A stretch of DNA of 64,000 bases, from NCBI GenBank assembly GCA_964016885.1, contig OZ024755.1, positions 310,001 through 374,000 of the forward strand, given 5' to 3'. Source of the DNA: Eledone cirrhosa. Taxonomy: Eukaryota. The first letter of the stretch is position 1, and each line of letters opens with the position of its first letter. Both the position numbers and the translations under genes were made by a program. The notes under the pieces were generated by a model, which did no database searches, was not told the origin of the DNA, and saw only the letters and a program-made list of their open reading frames with translations. Shown one piece after another: positions 11,921 to 27,223 of the stretch.

Positions 11921-14559
11921 CAAAAGCAGCACCAGAGAAAGTGTTTCAGACGTTAGAATATAAATGTTCTTTTTTTCTATTTGACAAAGCAAGTTTACTG
12001 ATGCTGATGTAAAATCATATTCAATTCCATGAGTTAATTTATTATAAAGTCAAATGAAAGATAATGATTTACAGTAATACTGACAAAATCTACCAGCTAA
12101 CCATTTTCATCAATTTTATCGAAGCTCTATAAAAGGAAAGAATTTTGTATCTGTCACTAAACATCAATTGGACTGCTTTCTAACTGATTCTCAAAACTGC
12201 CCACATACTCAAAATATGTTGCATACCTCCAATTTTGGCTGTCAATTCCTCAACCCAAATTGACTCCTTTGATAACTACTACTGCTACCAGCACCACTAC
12301 TACTACCAACACCACCACACTCATAATTCACACTCCAATAACATTTTATGTAGCACATATTGCACACACTGCATATGTGGATCAATTGAAAGTAACTAGC
12401 AGATGAAGCTATCAATTCTACATTAAAATACCCACAACATCAAACATTTTCACACTTGATCTCATCTAAACACATTAAAACATACTCATACTTTCTTTAG
12501 TCACCCTTTCAGAAGTTGTACAGTAAAATTTACAAGAGACTATAACATAATAAGGTATTACTCTTATTTAAAGACATTTTCCTAAGAAGAAATATTTTTC
12601 TCCCTTCAACAGTAATATCATATTGTAAATACTTACCCCCAACCAAACCCAGGTATTATTATTTTTATTGGATCTTACGACCTTTGTCTTTCCCAACACT
12701 AAAAGGTTCTCATAGTGGTATTTCTGAATCACAGTTTTCACTGCCATTATCTCCTTACCTTCCAACAAGTGTGATATATCAAATAACTATCTTCAATAAT
12801 CATGTTATTTTTGCTTCAAAGTTTTATGAAACTGCCTCTCTACATCAAATGTACATTATAAGAACTAATAAAATGAATTTATATAACGTAAGCCACCAAG
12901 AATTTATAGTTTCTTACTTGAAGTAATAAAAATGTGGTCACACAAGTTATTATTTTTTGTCGGTATATATATATATATATATATATATATGTTTGCCTGT
13001 ATGTATTTATATTAATAGTAGAATGCTAAGAATCTAAAGCAACAATACTTGATCATATATATATATATTAGAAGGAATTGAAAGTAAACAATGACGGAAG
13101 TTTCGAGTAAAATAGAGAAGTAAAACTGAAGATGAAGATTAGAGGACAAAGTAACGATGTTGTGGTCAATGTTTTACATAAAAAAGTGAGAAAACTATAA
13201 AATTACAGAGAGAGAAAATGAAAAAGAATAACAGTTTGTTATGTTATTCAAAGAGTAGAGTGTAGTCATCATTATCATCATCATTGTTATTTAATGTCTG
13301 TTTTCCCTGCCAGCAAGGGTTGGACAGGTTGTCAGCAGACTGGGTTGGTACAAACCCCAGGGTGAACCAGGAGCCTACATCTTACTTATGTTCTTACATC
13401 CTACTGAGTGCTCAGATATGAAAGCAGCCTGCAACGTACATAAGATCACACAGACTATTGTGTACATTTTATCATGACACCAGTGCTGGGGAAGTTGTCA
13501 TGTCTTTAACACATCTGATGCTTTGTTTGGTAGGTTTTCTATAGCTGGATGTCTTTCTTATCACCAACCACTTTATATAATGTACTGGGTGTGTTTATCA
13601 TGTAAACCACCAAAACTAGGGCAGCAAACTGAAGAGTTCTCCTGACATAGTAAGGTTTTAAATATGATCAACATATGAGGGAAACAGGTATATTTGGAGC
13701 TTAAAAAGAATTTTATAAATATAGTAAGGCTGGATTTTGTATGAGTTTCTAAACTGCTAGCATTAATAATGTCATTTGATGAAGGCACACTGGATGTGAA
13801 TATAGTATAGGATTTCAGACTCAGTCACACTGTGTTCTATATTGGGCAAATATATTTTACAATAGACTTGGGTTGACCCAAATCTACAGAGTAAAACTGG
13901 GTTAGGGTAGGCAGAAGCCACACGGAAGCCTATCCAGTAATTAAAAGTACCTGTAATTCAAAGTTCCAGTCTTATCACATCCTGTGTCATACTCGGTCTC
14001 CCAGTGAATTACATTAAAAGTAAATGTGTCTGTGGAATACTCAACCACTTATATGTTCAATTAATATGTTCCATTGACTGGACAACTGTTACACCTGTCG
14101 ATATGGAACCGACAAAGGTTTTTTTTTAATCTTTTATAAACTAAATATACTCTATAATTTACAAAACAGAGAAAGCTGACTGCAAATGCAGAAACTATAA
14201 TAATCTCTCTCTCCTCTCTCTTTCTATTTCTATGTAAACTATTTCAATAAATCTTGGTTTTAAACCAGGGAATTATTGTTCACGGGAAGAGAATATGAAG
14301 ATAAATAGATGGAGGAAAAACTTAACAAGTGGTGAAGACCATTAATAAAAAAAAAAATCTCCATAACTAATTCAGAGTATGTTAGTGTTTTTATTGGCAG
14401 CATGACCCTCTCAAAGTATAACAATATCTGTTTCTATACATGATTTCACATTGAGAATCTTACAAATAAAATACAAAAACATAATTCACAGTAGTTTTCC
14501 ATTTTAATATACACACACATATATATATATATTTATACATATACATATATATGAAAATG

Positions 14560-14751
14560 AGAGTGAGGAGAGCAAAGAGAAAATGAGAGCAAGGGGAAAG
14601 GGAGAGCAATGAGAAAAGGAGAGCAATGAGAGCAATGAGAGCAATGAGAAAAGGAGAGCGAGGAGAGCAAGGAGAGCAATGAGAAAAGGAGAGCAACGAG
14701 AAAAGGAGAGCAACGAGAAAAGGAGAGCAATGAGAAAAGGAGAGCAAGGAG
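14560..14751. repeat. GA-rich minisatellite (aaggagagcaatgagaa, about 17-18 bp unit)
   Basis: Repeated gagagcaa(t/c)gagaaaag units. Confidence 0.9.
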
Positions 14752-15171
14752 AAGTTAAGGCAAATATTGCTCAAGTTATGCTGGAAGCAGACAAAGGTGA
14801 AGAAGAGGAAGAAGAAAAAATGAACTGAAGAGGTAGATTCTGCACCAAAATGACTTTTCTTCCTTTACAAACATCAAGTTTTCATCTTTTGTAACTCCTG
14901 GTACAAAAACTTTCTTCACACGATTTTCTACCAGTACCGATTTCCTCGACAAGACCCTTCAGCATGGAAAGATGATCCTGGTTACAAAAGTGGACTTGGA
15001 AAACTTGAGAAGACAGTTGTTGTGAATGATGTTGCAGAAAGAGGAGTCAAACTCATTCAGGATTACAATAACATTCTCACAAAAGATGAAACTGAGAAAC
15101 AGTTTATTTTACAGATCATTACCAAAAACCGTAAAACATACCCAACTGCCACTAAATCCTCTCTTATGTAA
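14752..15171 (+). pseudogene. Frameshifted C-terminal fragment of a DNA transposase (probably hAT superfamily, hATm-like); element continues to about 15633
   Basis: FVTPGTKTFFTRFSTSTDFLDK, a frameshift near 14952, then DPSAWKDDPGY...VVVNDVAERGVKLIQDYNNILTKDETEKQFILQII...TAA at 15171. The subfamily is assigned from memory of the VVNDxAERGVKL motif. Confidence 0.65.
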
Positions 15172-15830
15172 AAATAATGTTTAATGTTCAGTGTTCACAT
15201 CATGTTTTTGATTCTATAGAAATTATTGTTGTAAATAAAAATGCGCTTCTCTCATAGAAGTTGTGTGCTTTATTAAGAAAACCTAACATTTCTTAAGTTT
15301 TTCATGTTATTTCAGGAATTTTTCAAATTAACTATTGGTAAATTTGATTCAGAACGTTTTTAAACATTTGCTGGGGTTGCTTGGATGTATCCACATAAAT
15401 TTCTCTAAGAAGAAAAGAGAAAATGGTCGAGATAGGGAACAGTAAACCACTTTTGAACAGAAACACTTTTGAACATTAATTGTTGCATATACTGTGTTCC
15501 AACTTCAAGGTATTTGAGGGTCGCCTAACAGTTGTCCGGTTGAACTGAAATTTTGCACACACTGTGATTCTGTTGATTGAAACAGGATTAGGGGGTGGGA
15601 ACAGCAAAGTTTTAACTTTCGGAAAATTACCTAATAAATATATATCATCATCATCTTCGTTTAACGTCCATCTTCCACGCTAGTATGGGTTAGACATATT
15701 TATTTATATATATAAAGGAAGTATGTTTGATATTTGGTGAGCAAAGTTTACAATTGAAATAGAAGCTTGATTGTAACGTTGACTAAATAATACAGTCTAA
15801 TAATGGGTCAAAGAAACTCACTGAAGCTGC

Positions 15831-15946
<116 letters not shown>

Positions 15947-17472
15947 ACAAGCTAACACCAATCATAATACATTTCAAGAGAACCCTCCCACCCAAATCAC
16001 TACTCATACATATATGAAAATGTAATACTTTAATCGGTCCGACACTCACTTGAGATGGCTCTACAACAATTTAGCTATATATTTCATTGAGATCATTAAA
16101 CTAAGCAAAATCTCATTTGTTAACTGGGATTGACCAAGTTATATCACCAGTACTAATAGAATCAGAAATAATTGGAAATCTTCAGAAATCTAAGTGCTAC
16201 ACTGAATAGTGCCTACCTACATCATGTAAGAAGTTATCACAATATTTTAGCTGCTTTTCTTTTTTATCTTTTTCTTTGTTTACTTTATTTTATTTCTTTT
16301 TTACAAAGCAATTTGTATTCCATTAGAAATATTCTCAATTGAATGCAATATTGTGGTATCTAGCTTAGAAGATGGACAAGTGACAAATATGAAGAGGTAA
16401 CATACACACACACATATATATATGTGTGTGTGTGTGAAAACAGGGAACAGCTTTTCTTTCAAAAATACCTTTAATGCACACACACACATATACATACACA
16501 TGCATACATAAACATAGCACACACACACACACACAAATAAAACACAGGCTTGAATTTACAATTGCAGCTTTAGGTTTGGTCCATTACTCTGACAAAGATA
16601 AAATAGCAATTGAGAAAAAAATTCTCGGCTGAGTGAATTCAAAGTTTGCATTAGAAAAACCACTAAACATATTTGTGCCGCAAACTTCCATTTCTTTCAA
16701 GTCATAGGCTTTAATCATGCATATTTACTTTATTAATATTTCAAATATATAGTAATAGAAAGGAAAGAAAAGAAAAAAAAGCCATTTGTAAAATATCAAT
16801 TTTTACCCATTTAACTTAACGTTAGTAGGAGTAAACATTAGAATAATGAAAATAAACAAAATAAAGAAATGATGAATGAAAAAATAAAATGCTGAAGCAA
16901 ATATATAAAGTTAGTACAGAAGTAAATTGGAAATTATAGTTATTGTTAGAAAATGTATATATATATTTCATATTGCTAATATAATAATACACAGTGCAGA
17001 GTATTGTTCTAATTTTGTCTTCATTATGTGAATACGGTGCTCTAAAAACTACCTGGGAGTTGTTTATTAATTACTATCTGTCTTAAATGTATGCAAAAAA
17101 ACATTTTAATTATACAAATAGTTACCTCCACCTACTACTCCAACCACCACAATTCATTTTTTGGGTTTTTGCTTTTTTACTGTTTAGTCAAGGAATAAAG
17201 AATATCATCCCTGTCTCCTCCCCAGACAGGTGTGTATGTGTGGTGTGAGGGGGAATGGAGGGAGAAAGCTATCCTCCTCAAACAGGAGGGGAGACTTTGT
17301 TTCAAAGGTTTACAACAGAGTTTAGTCTCCACCAAAGGCTCCCAAGGACCAGGTGCCAACGTTTTAAAAGAACGGGAAGAATAAATTCTATTGTTCAGAT
17401 AAGATTTGTTGGATTCAATGCTAACTCATTCAGTCTGCAAAATTGTGAAAGAGTAACTGATTATATTTATCT

Positions 17473-17999
17473 ATATATATATAATATATGTGGTCACAAT
17501 ATATATATATATATAATATATGTGGTCACAATATATATATAATATATGTGGTCACAATATATATATATATATAATATATGTGGTCACAATAAATATATAT
17601 AATATATGCGGTCACAATATATATATATAATATATGTGGTCACAATATATATATATAATATATGTGGTCACAATATATATATAATATATGTGGTCACAAT
17701 ATATATATATAATATATGTGGTCACAATATATATATAATATATGTGGTCACAATATATATATATAATATATGTGGTCACAATATATATATAATATATGTG
17801 GTCACAATATATATATAATATATGTGGTCACAATATATATATAATATGTGGTCACAATATATATATATAATATATGTGGTCACAATATATATATAATATA
17901 TGTGGTCACAATATATATATAATATATGTGGTCACAATATATATATAATATATGTGGTCACAATATATATATATAATATATGTGGTCACAATATATATA
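17473..17999. repeat. Minisatellite (AT)n-aatatatgtggtcaca, 24-30 bp unit, roughly 19 copies
   Basis: Near-invariant tgtggtcaca core separated by variable (AT)n. There are no unique spacers. Confidence 0.95.
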
Positions 18000-19865
18000 C
18001 ACAGACACACATAGGGTTGAGTGAGAGGAAGATTCAATCAACTTTCAATTTCTAAAATACAATTGTTTGTATCTGTAGTTACATAATTAAAAGCTTTTAG
18101 TAATTTCCAAGTTCTTATTTCTTTAGATTCCGCTATTGTTGTAGATGTAATTTCATTAAAACAGCAATTTACTAGACGTTACAAACTTCATGGGCAAATG
18201 TTTAACTGATAAATATTTCTGAAAGGTTTCTTTGCTAAGTTTCAAAGAAAAGCCAATTGTCAATGAAATTTCAGAAGACAATAATATATAAACCTTTAAA
18301 GGAAATAAACTTGTAAATTTCTAGGAATTAGAATGTTTAAAAATACTGTATATACTCAAATATAAGCTGACTCCCACCCCCTATTTTATGGTTGAAAAAT
18401 GGGCAAAAATCCAAACTCCATTTATAAACTGGGACAGCTAATCAACACATTATTTAGATAATGTATATTAGATGATGTATATAAGCCAGCCTCCCATTTT
18501 ACCATTGATATTTTTGGTCACATATATGGTATGTATCTTATCTTTGAATTCAAATTCAAAACCTTGAAAAATATTTATGGTTGCCCTGATTGAATATAGA
18601 CTTTCTATCACCAGCAATCTAACATGATCATTGTTTTTTTTTTTTGTTTTTGTTTTTTGTAACTGATAGGTTTCAAAAAGCCGGTACAATTTGGTAGAAA
18701 TATATAAAGGACGACTAGTAAAAGAAAACAAAGTAATGTTTTACCCAGTATATTTCAACATGATATTTCAGGGTAAATACCTTCTTTTCAAATGTGAAAT
18801 GGAAATGGTTCCAAACAAAAACAAATGATCGATGTGTTCTTCCTTAACTGGTCTATGGGTCTGAAATACACATATGTGGAGCAGTTATAGCAGTCAACCT
18901 ACTTTGTGTATTTCCAATCTATTATTTATTGGTATATTTGTATAGTCTATTCTATATTTGTTTTGTATATTTAGGACTACATTTTCCAAAATGTCCTGTT
19001 TTCAAGATAGATAAGTTGTGTAATTTTGAGGGAATTTTGGCTGCCATTATGAGGAGGTTGAACTAAGACAATTGATCTGATTGGAATTATTCTAAAAAAG
19101 ATATTACTGAGTTTTTATAACAGACACATAGTATCCCCGCATGTGGTAGGGGAGGCCACTAAAAGGATTGACATCAGGATGGGCATCCAGCTGTGAAACT
19201 GTCAGAAATGTCACAACCAATGCCAGCACAGAGAGGTAAACATACAGATGATGATCATGATGATGATATGGTGTATATAAACCAGACTCATCTCCATTAT
19301 AATAATTATTATTTCTAATTTTTTTTTTGTTCAACCTCATTCATCATGATCGTAATGAATTTTTAAACAAACACATTGACTTTATTTTTTGCCAGTGTGG
19401 CTGGCTATTATTACACAGGAAAATTATCTAAAGGAACTGGAAGAGTTGTAGGAAGCTTCAAGCAACATTTCAAGAGGAAAGAGAGTCTGCTACTTGAGTA
19501 GAATGACTAACAGTAGCCAGTTCAAGAATTCATTTAAATTTGAATAGTTCTAGAGGACAAATTTGAAATTATCCTATCTTATGTTAAGCCCTAAGGGAAA
19601 AACTCACACTCCAGAGAAAATAAGTAGAATTATTGGCATTATTTATAAATGGCAATTTTACAAAATCAAGTTGAGAAAACAAAAAAGCTAATAATAATTC
19701 AATGTGGCATAATGGTTAAGGTGTTGGGCTTACCATCATGAGGACATGTTTGATTCCTGTCAAGGTGGGCCACTGTGGCCTTTAGCAAGGCACTTTATGT
19801 TTCTATGGCTAGACGCCTTTCCTAACACCAACAACTTTACAGAATGTACCAGGTGCTTTTATCAC

Positions 19866-19990
19866 AGCACCATCACTACCATTTTACAGAGTATACTGTA
19901 TCTAGTTTATTGTAGCACCATCACTACCATTTTACAGAGTATACTGTATCTAGTTTATTGTAGCACCATCACTACCATTTTACAGAGTGT
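19866..19990. repeat. 48-bp tandem repeat, about 2.5 copies
   Basis: agcaccatcactaccattttacagagtatactgtatctagtttattgt repeated. Confidence 0.9.
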
Positions 19991-21493
19991 ACTATATCTG
20001 TACCATCACTTGTGAGGCTGTCATATTTTCAACCAAACTAAAGAATCCTGTCTTCTGTATGTTGTCTTTGGCATTCCCACTGATATTCAATTATATCTAA
20101 GCCTTTAGTGACCATATTACTAATGAAAGACAATCTATTTCAATTAATTAAATGACAACTTTTAGGGATTTTCTAAAATTATTAATTCTTCAATTATTGA
20201 GACAATATAATAGACTTAAAGAAAACAATGTTAGATTTTAATTTAAATAGGAACCCTATAGAATGTGGTTTTGTTTCATAGAAGCAGAGCCAGGATTGGT
20301 CAGGTTGCTATGAAAAGTGTTAACTTGATCGGAATATGAATAAAGTACAAAAGCTCTCAAACATAATATACTGAACAAGCTGACTCCTTTATTGTTGTTC
20401 ATATAATTGTATTATTACTATGGGGGATCAAACTTCTGCCAAATTACAGAATTAGAAGCAAACATTTTACCATATATAGTTAATGAATTTAATTGCTTAT
20501 GCTAATTATATATATATATACATATATACACACAATTATATACACACACACATATATACATATTTACATATACATACATATATAATATATATATATATAC
20601 ACACATATATACATATACATATATATATATATATATATATTTATTTATGGTAGTGTCCCTGTTTGACTATGACAGAAGGTTGAATGGTGTATAGTGCACA
20701 CTGCACAAATAGTGTGTGTGTGTGTGTGTGCATATGTATGTATGTATGTATATCATCATCATCATTCAACGGTTAGTAACAGTTGAATGGGTAACCACAG
20801 TACAATACACAGATGAACAGTCTGCAACCAATCTACGCATTATATATATATTGTGTAGATTGGTGTATATATGTATATATTATATAACTTTATCTTCAAT
20901 ATCAGTGTTTAACATATATTTTCCATGAGGTTAGACAGGTCATGTGACAATGTTTTGCTCCTATATTATATTCTTTCTTCGGTTTTCAATGATGGATGCC
21001 CTTCCTAATAACAGCCACCTTAAAGGGGGCACTGGGAGCTTTTGTGGCATGACCACTATATCATCTTACAGAGAGGAATAGGTTTTTTTTTTGTATTGGC
21101 ACCAGTCTGTGCGGATTTCATTTGATGAGGGAGGGGACAGGACAATAAGTTAATGGCGAGTTTGGAGGGATTTCCTAAAATTATTAATCATTTCATTAAG
21201 ATGGAAAATGTATGACATAACTTTACAAAAGCTTCTTAGACGAAATTATATTAGATATTAATTTATATGAGAACCTTTTTAAAATTGGTGGTTTGGAGGT
21301 GTGGGGACATGGGGTGGCAGGTTGGTATGAAAAGGGTTTAATTGTAAATATATATTGGGAGAGATCAAGAGAGAGATCAAGAGAGAGAGGAATTTCTAAT
21401 TAAAAAAAAAAAGCAATATCGAGAAATGGTTCTAAATTAAAATATGATTGTATCATAAGAGGTGCTGCAGAGGAAGGATAGACAGGCACTATG

Positions 21494-21589
<96 letters not shown>

Positions 21590-21641
21590 AAATGTATATA
21601 TATATATGTGTCAACTACATATGGATATGTGTGTGTGTGTA

Positions 21642-21702
<61 letters not shown>

Positions 21703-22126
21703 TACTGAGAATATCTTATCTCAGTAGATAATTTATTCATGAGTAAACAGCAGAGCCAAATATGTGTAGTTGATATGATGTGGTGTGTAGGAGAAATTAA
21801 ACGGATGTGAACATCAATCGGCTCCAATTTTAAAACTGTGGACATACAGCAACACTGTATCATCAGTGGAAAACATTGTAACATTGAAACAAATATACAG
21901 TATACACACATTTTACTCATGTATTGTCTGTGTGTGTATATATGTGTGTGTGTATGTATATATATATGTGTGTGTATACACACACACACCCCTTGCTTCT
22001 ACTTTTAACCCCATATACATGCATGCACGCACACGCACACACGTATATATATAGCCACACATGTATGTACGTGTATGCATTGATGTTTGTATATATATAT
22101 ATATATATATATATATAAGTTGTTCT

Positions 22127-22229
22127 GGGTTGAATTAGAGGTAACCACAGTAAATAAGGTACTCAATACATAGGATTATTTCTCATGAATGAAACAGTTC
22201 TAGTCCTGTAGAAGCTCTTCTATATTAAA
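22127..22229. mobile_element. Family B element, deleted derivative (inverted tail joined to a hammerhead 3' half)
   Basis: ggtaaccacagtaaataaggtactcaatacatag matches about 63355-63388. It is followed by tttctcatgaatgaaacagttctagtcctgtagaagct without an intact CTGATGA. Confidence 0.7.
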
Positions 22230-22467
22230 ATATATATATGTATGTGTGTGTGTCTATTTGTGTGTGTGTATGCTTGCATGCATGTATGTGGTATTAAACG
22301 TAGAAGCAAGGTCTAGTTTGATGAGTGCTTCTCATATAATTAAAATAAAAGGTAAAGGGAAAGATGTAGAAGTGCTGTGATGATACATGAAGTGTCCTGG
22401 GTAATTTAGTTGTGGTTGAATTCATCCCTCTCCTGATCTTAACACAAATATCTCTTTCTTCTTCTTC

Positions 22468-22527
<60 letters not shown>

Positions 22528-23753
22528 ACTCCACGCAAAGTAAACCGGTACAAATTTAATCCAAAAGTATTTTGGTAAGTTTGAGTAATTCAGTTGATTC
22601 CCTAAAAGTTAAGCTCCATATTTTCGGCTATCTTATTATCAAAGTATATAATATATTTCTATTAGTTATATAAAGCCAACACTTGGTCAAATATGGCTAC
22701 TTGAAAATACTCAACTGAATTGCTGTGGCTATTTCAGAGAGATCAGACTTATAAATAGTTTAACTAATAGATAGATCTAGTCAGTCAGATTAACAGACCA
22801 ACAGAAAATGAAGAAAATAAAGAAGAAATAGAAAGATAGAGTGTGCAGCGGTGGAAATGAAAAAATATATATGAGAAGAAGCAGGTCTGTTTATTTTGCC
22901 ATCTTTTAGATTATATGTATATAAGGGTAAAGATGCCTTTCTGTCATGAATGACCATAGGTTTGCACACAGAAAGTGATATATATATATATACACACATA
23001 TATATGTTGAGTGAAAAAGTTTTGGATTAACACAAAATGACTTGCTTTCAAGGTTTGTTTGTTTTTACTGATTCTCTCCAACTAAATCTTTCTTTCTTTT
23101 ACATTTCCTTGGTTCTTGTGTGGTTCTTCATACAATGAGAATTAACCATATTACCAAAATTGTTCACTAGAAAGGAATTCAAACATTTTTTGTTTTTAAT
23201 TTGAATGTGTGTAACTTATCCATGGAACAAACCACTCTGGAGAGATGCCAAGAGGTTTCTAAAATTTTCAATAGTTGTGACAAGAAGACATTAACTCAGA
23301 TGACAAAGATGATGATGATGATATATATAAGTCTATAAGGCAGCAAATTAGTTGAGTTGTTAATGTGTTGGTTTATAATAGATTTGTGTCTGTTCACTCC
23401 ACTCGGAGTTCAAATCTTACCGGGGTCAACTGTGAAGTTCATCCTTTCAAGGTCTTTAAATGAAGTACCACTCAAGTAATGGGGACAATTGTTCCTCTAT
23501 CTCTCTGGGAGAAATCTGTTGTGTTCCAACACAGTGGAATGGGTTCCATCAGATTAATTTTATATACAAGTTTTACAATGTACCAAATATTTTGAGTTGA
23601 GGTTTTGTGTAAGTCCTGTAGTTAAGTTACATGTATGCTGGTTTGTCAAGTAGTTTGGGGGAACAAGAGGCAACTTATACAGTATATGCACACACATAGA
23701 TATATATAACAGGGAAAGTGAATGTTAAAATGATGATATATATATATATATAA

Positions 23754-23826
<73 letters not shown>

Positions 23827-23908
23827 TAGTTGACAGACGAGAGAAAAGAGCACTCAATACTGAACTGAAGTAGAGTTCTTGTCTGTTGAACCTGTGAAAC
23901 TCCAGAGT

Positions 23909-24040
23909 AATAATTGTTTCTACTTTTGGCACAAGGCCAGCAGTTATCTCAGTACATTACTGGTATTTTATTTTATCGACCCCGTAAGGATGAAAGGCAA
24001 AGTTAACCTCGTCGGGATTTGAACTCAGAAGGTAAAGGGC
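23909..24040 (-). mobile_element. SINE family 1 copy
   Basis: Matches 681-810 and 54897-55025. Confidence 0.85.
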
Positions 24041-25757
24041 CATAATAAAATGAATATATATATATATATATGATGTGTTGTTTCCTTGAGCAAGACACTT
24101 TATTTCACGTTGCTCCAGTTTACTCAATGAAAATGAGTACCAGCAATAGCTGGAGGTTTAACCCTGTCCAGGGGGGGAGTCTTGTACTCTCAGTCCCTTC
24201 ACGCCATGAAACCGGGATAAGCACCGGCCAAATGAGCCTTCTGGCTTAAGACAGACTTTAGACTTTTTTAGTGAGTGTAAGTGAACTTTTGTTTTATTTA
24301 CTGGTCATAGACGACAGCCCCCCTGGGGTGATCATTATCATTTAACATCCAGTTTCCTGCTAGCAAGTGTTGAAGACACACATATGCACACACATGCTCA
24401 CAAGAAAGAACTAATAAGCCAACAAGTGTTGTTTTTTCATATGAAACCACCTGAAACTGCCCCCAGTTCTATCTTACAAAACTGTTTCTTTTCAAATATT
24501 TATATTTATCTAAAAAAAAAAAAAAAACCAACCTTTCACTACGATCTCATGCAAGTAAGAACCTTTGTGAAGTTATGTTCTAAATACCAATTTAATAACG
24601 AGAAGAGGAGTTACATTATTTAATGCCTCAAAATTCTTGATAATTTTGAAAATTATGAGGAATATAGTAAAGAGAGGGTTAAAGACATAAGCAGTGTCTT
24701 TTATGAGGAATATGGTAAGGAGAAGGTTAACATGAACACCTAAAAATGAATATACACGTGGGATTACTTCCGCACATTTCAAGGCTGGCATTCAGTGTGT
24801 ATATGTAATTAGAGGGGGACATTGAGGAGTTAAAGAAATAATAGAACATATGAGAGAGGGGGAGAGAGTGAGAGAGAGTAAGCTTTATACACACTATCTA
24901 GTAGTCAAAATGCAAGTTTTGACTGCTAGCAGTCAACACAAACTACTACTGCTGTTGCTGCTGTTGCTGTTACTGCTGTTACTGCTGCTGCCTTGTCTTG
25001 AGTGTGTTAGTAGGAGAGATGGGCAGTATAGTAGTGAGGTGAAGGGGGGGAACTACACATGTACACATGCACACACACACACACATACATACACAGAGTT
25101 AAAGAGTCACAGAAGTGGGGGTGGAGGGAAGGAATGGAAGAGGTGGAGGAGGAGGAGAGATAGAATGGAAGGAGAGAGTGGAAGAGAGAGAGAGGGGAGA
25201 GATGGGCAAGAGCGGGGGAGGCTGCTGACTGTACATGAAGAGCAAATACAACACTACTTGATTCTTCTTCTTCAGTAGCACATAATAACATTTACCTGTG
25301 AAAGGTAAAACAGGTGAGAGAAAATAACAAAAACAATAATCTATACACAAACACACACACATATTTATATATATACACACACAAATTTATATATATATAC
25401 ACACACATATACACATTTTTATATTTACATATATATTTATATATATGTAAATATAAACTAAACAAAAGGAAATATGTTGGGTCCAAAGAAAAAGAGGAAA
25501 AAGGGCAAAACTCTGATCCTTACATTTGTCTTTAATGATGATGATCATTAAAATAAATTTGGAGAGAAAAATGTGAAGAATTTATATTTCTTAATTTCTT
25601 TATTGTTCGTTAGTTTAGAAGTAACCACCCACACAGACAGTATCAGTGAACTTTTGGATTACAAAGACACATCATTACTGTTATAAATATATATATATAT
25701 ATTTGGCAATAATGGATATTATACTTGTCAAAGGTAAGTTTTTGGTGCTAAACATTA

Positions 25758-25790
<33 letters not shown>

Positions 25791-25919
25791 TTATATAGAT
25801 TAAAAAGAAGAAAACACACATATATATATATATATATACAGACACACACATATATTCATACATACACATATATATATATATATATACATACACACACACA
25901 CATATATTCATACATACAC

Positions 25920-25974
<55 letters not shown>

Positions 25975-26780
25975 CACACACACATATATTCATACATACA
26001 CATATATGTGTAGTGTATAACTTTCACACAAACACATACTTATAGATTAAAAAGAAGAAAAGAACCATGTTATATACCAATATAATTAATTAAATATCTT
26101 TCTATATAGAATTCTTTCTTTATACACACATATACATATTACATCTATAAAACACACATATACATACAGATATGTTTTTGTGCATGTGTGCAACTTCATT
26201 TGAAGGAGTGAATGTGTGTGTGTGTGTGTATGGAATGTATTTATATAAAGACAAATATTAATTTGAGCATGTATAAACAAATAAACATTTTAATACATGT
26301 TAACTATTTACCTACATTTCTATTGCTCTATCTCTCTACCTATCTATCTCTCCATCTATCTATCTATTTATCGATCTATCTATCTATCTCTCTCTCTCTA
26401 TATATATATAAGGACATTTCTATAATAGTGTGTACATGGACACACAACTACACAGAACCACACATAAAAACATTATTTTATGTATCAACAAAGTTATTTA
26501 GGAAGTAGAAATACAAAAACTAACTGAAACAATGTATCTTTAAAAGTTTCAAATATATCAAAATATTCACACTACTCATTTCTTTTCTATTTAACAGCAA
26601 TTATATACACATATATAAAATGTGCATACATATATTTTAGTGTGTGTAGATATGTATATGTTTGTACACATGTATATTTTTACTAACGGAAAACATTCTT
26701 TCTGTCTCTTTATATATACATATATATACACACACACATATATATTGATATATATATAAAATTTAATATACAAATGGCAT

Positions 26781-26815
26781 CTACAGGACTAAAACTGTTT
26801 CATTCAAATCATCAG
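26781..26815 (-). mobile_element. Family B hammerhead fragment with collapsed stem II and no stem I
   Basis: Minus strand reads CTGATGA tttgaat GAAA CAG ttttagtc CTG TA g. Confidence 0.6.
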
Positions 26816-27192
26816 TATAATATATATATATATTGCTATCAGCGAAAGTGGATGTTAAATGCCAATAATAATGATGTATATATATATAAATGTGTGTGTG
26901 TGTGTGTGTGTGTATAGATAAATGTATAATGTATGTGTGCATATGTGTGTATTTGTATGTATCTATACATACATGTATATATATATATATGTATACAGTA
27001 TATACATATACACACAACTTTCTGTTTATGTTTCAATAATGGTTTCTGATTCAGGCACAATGCCAATAATTTGGGGAAAGGGGAAAAGTTGATTAAATCG
27101 ACCCCAGTGTGTCACTGGTACCTTTATTTTATCAAACAATACTACTATCTATTATAAAGTGTCAAAAAGTTCAGATGCTATGTATGTGTGTC

Positions 27193-27223
<31 letters not shown>

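Noticed and set aside
17473-17999. CRISPR-like periodic array
   Set aside because: The linkers are just (AT)n, the context is eukaryotic, and there are no cas genes.
24850-25278. 142-aa ORF with a poly-Leu 'signal peptide'
   Set aside because: The poly-Leu comes from a (CTG/TTG)n microsatellite and the rest from CA/GA repeats.
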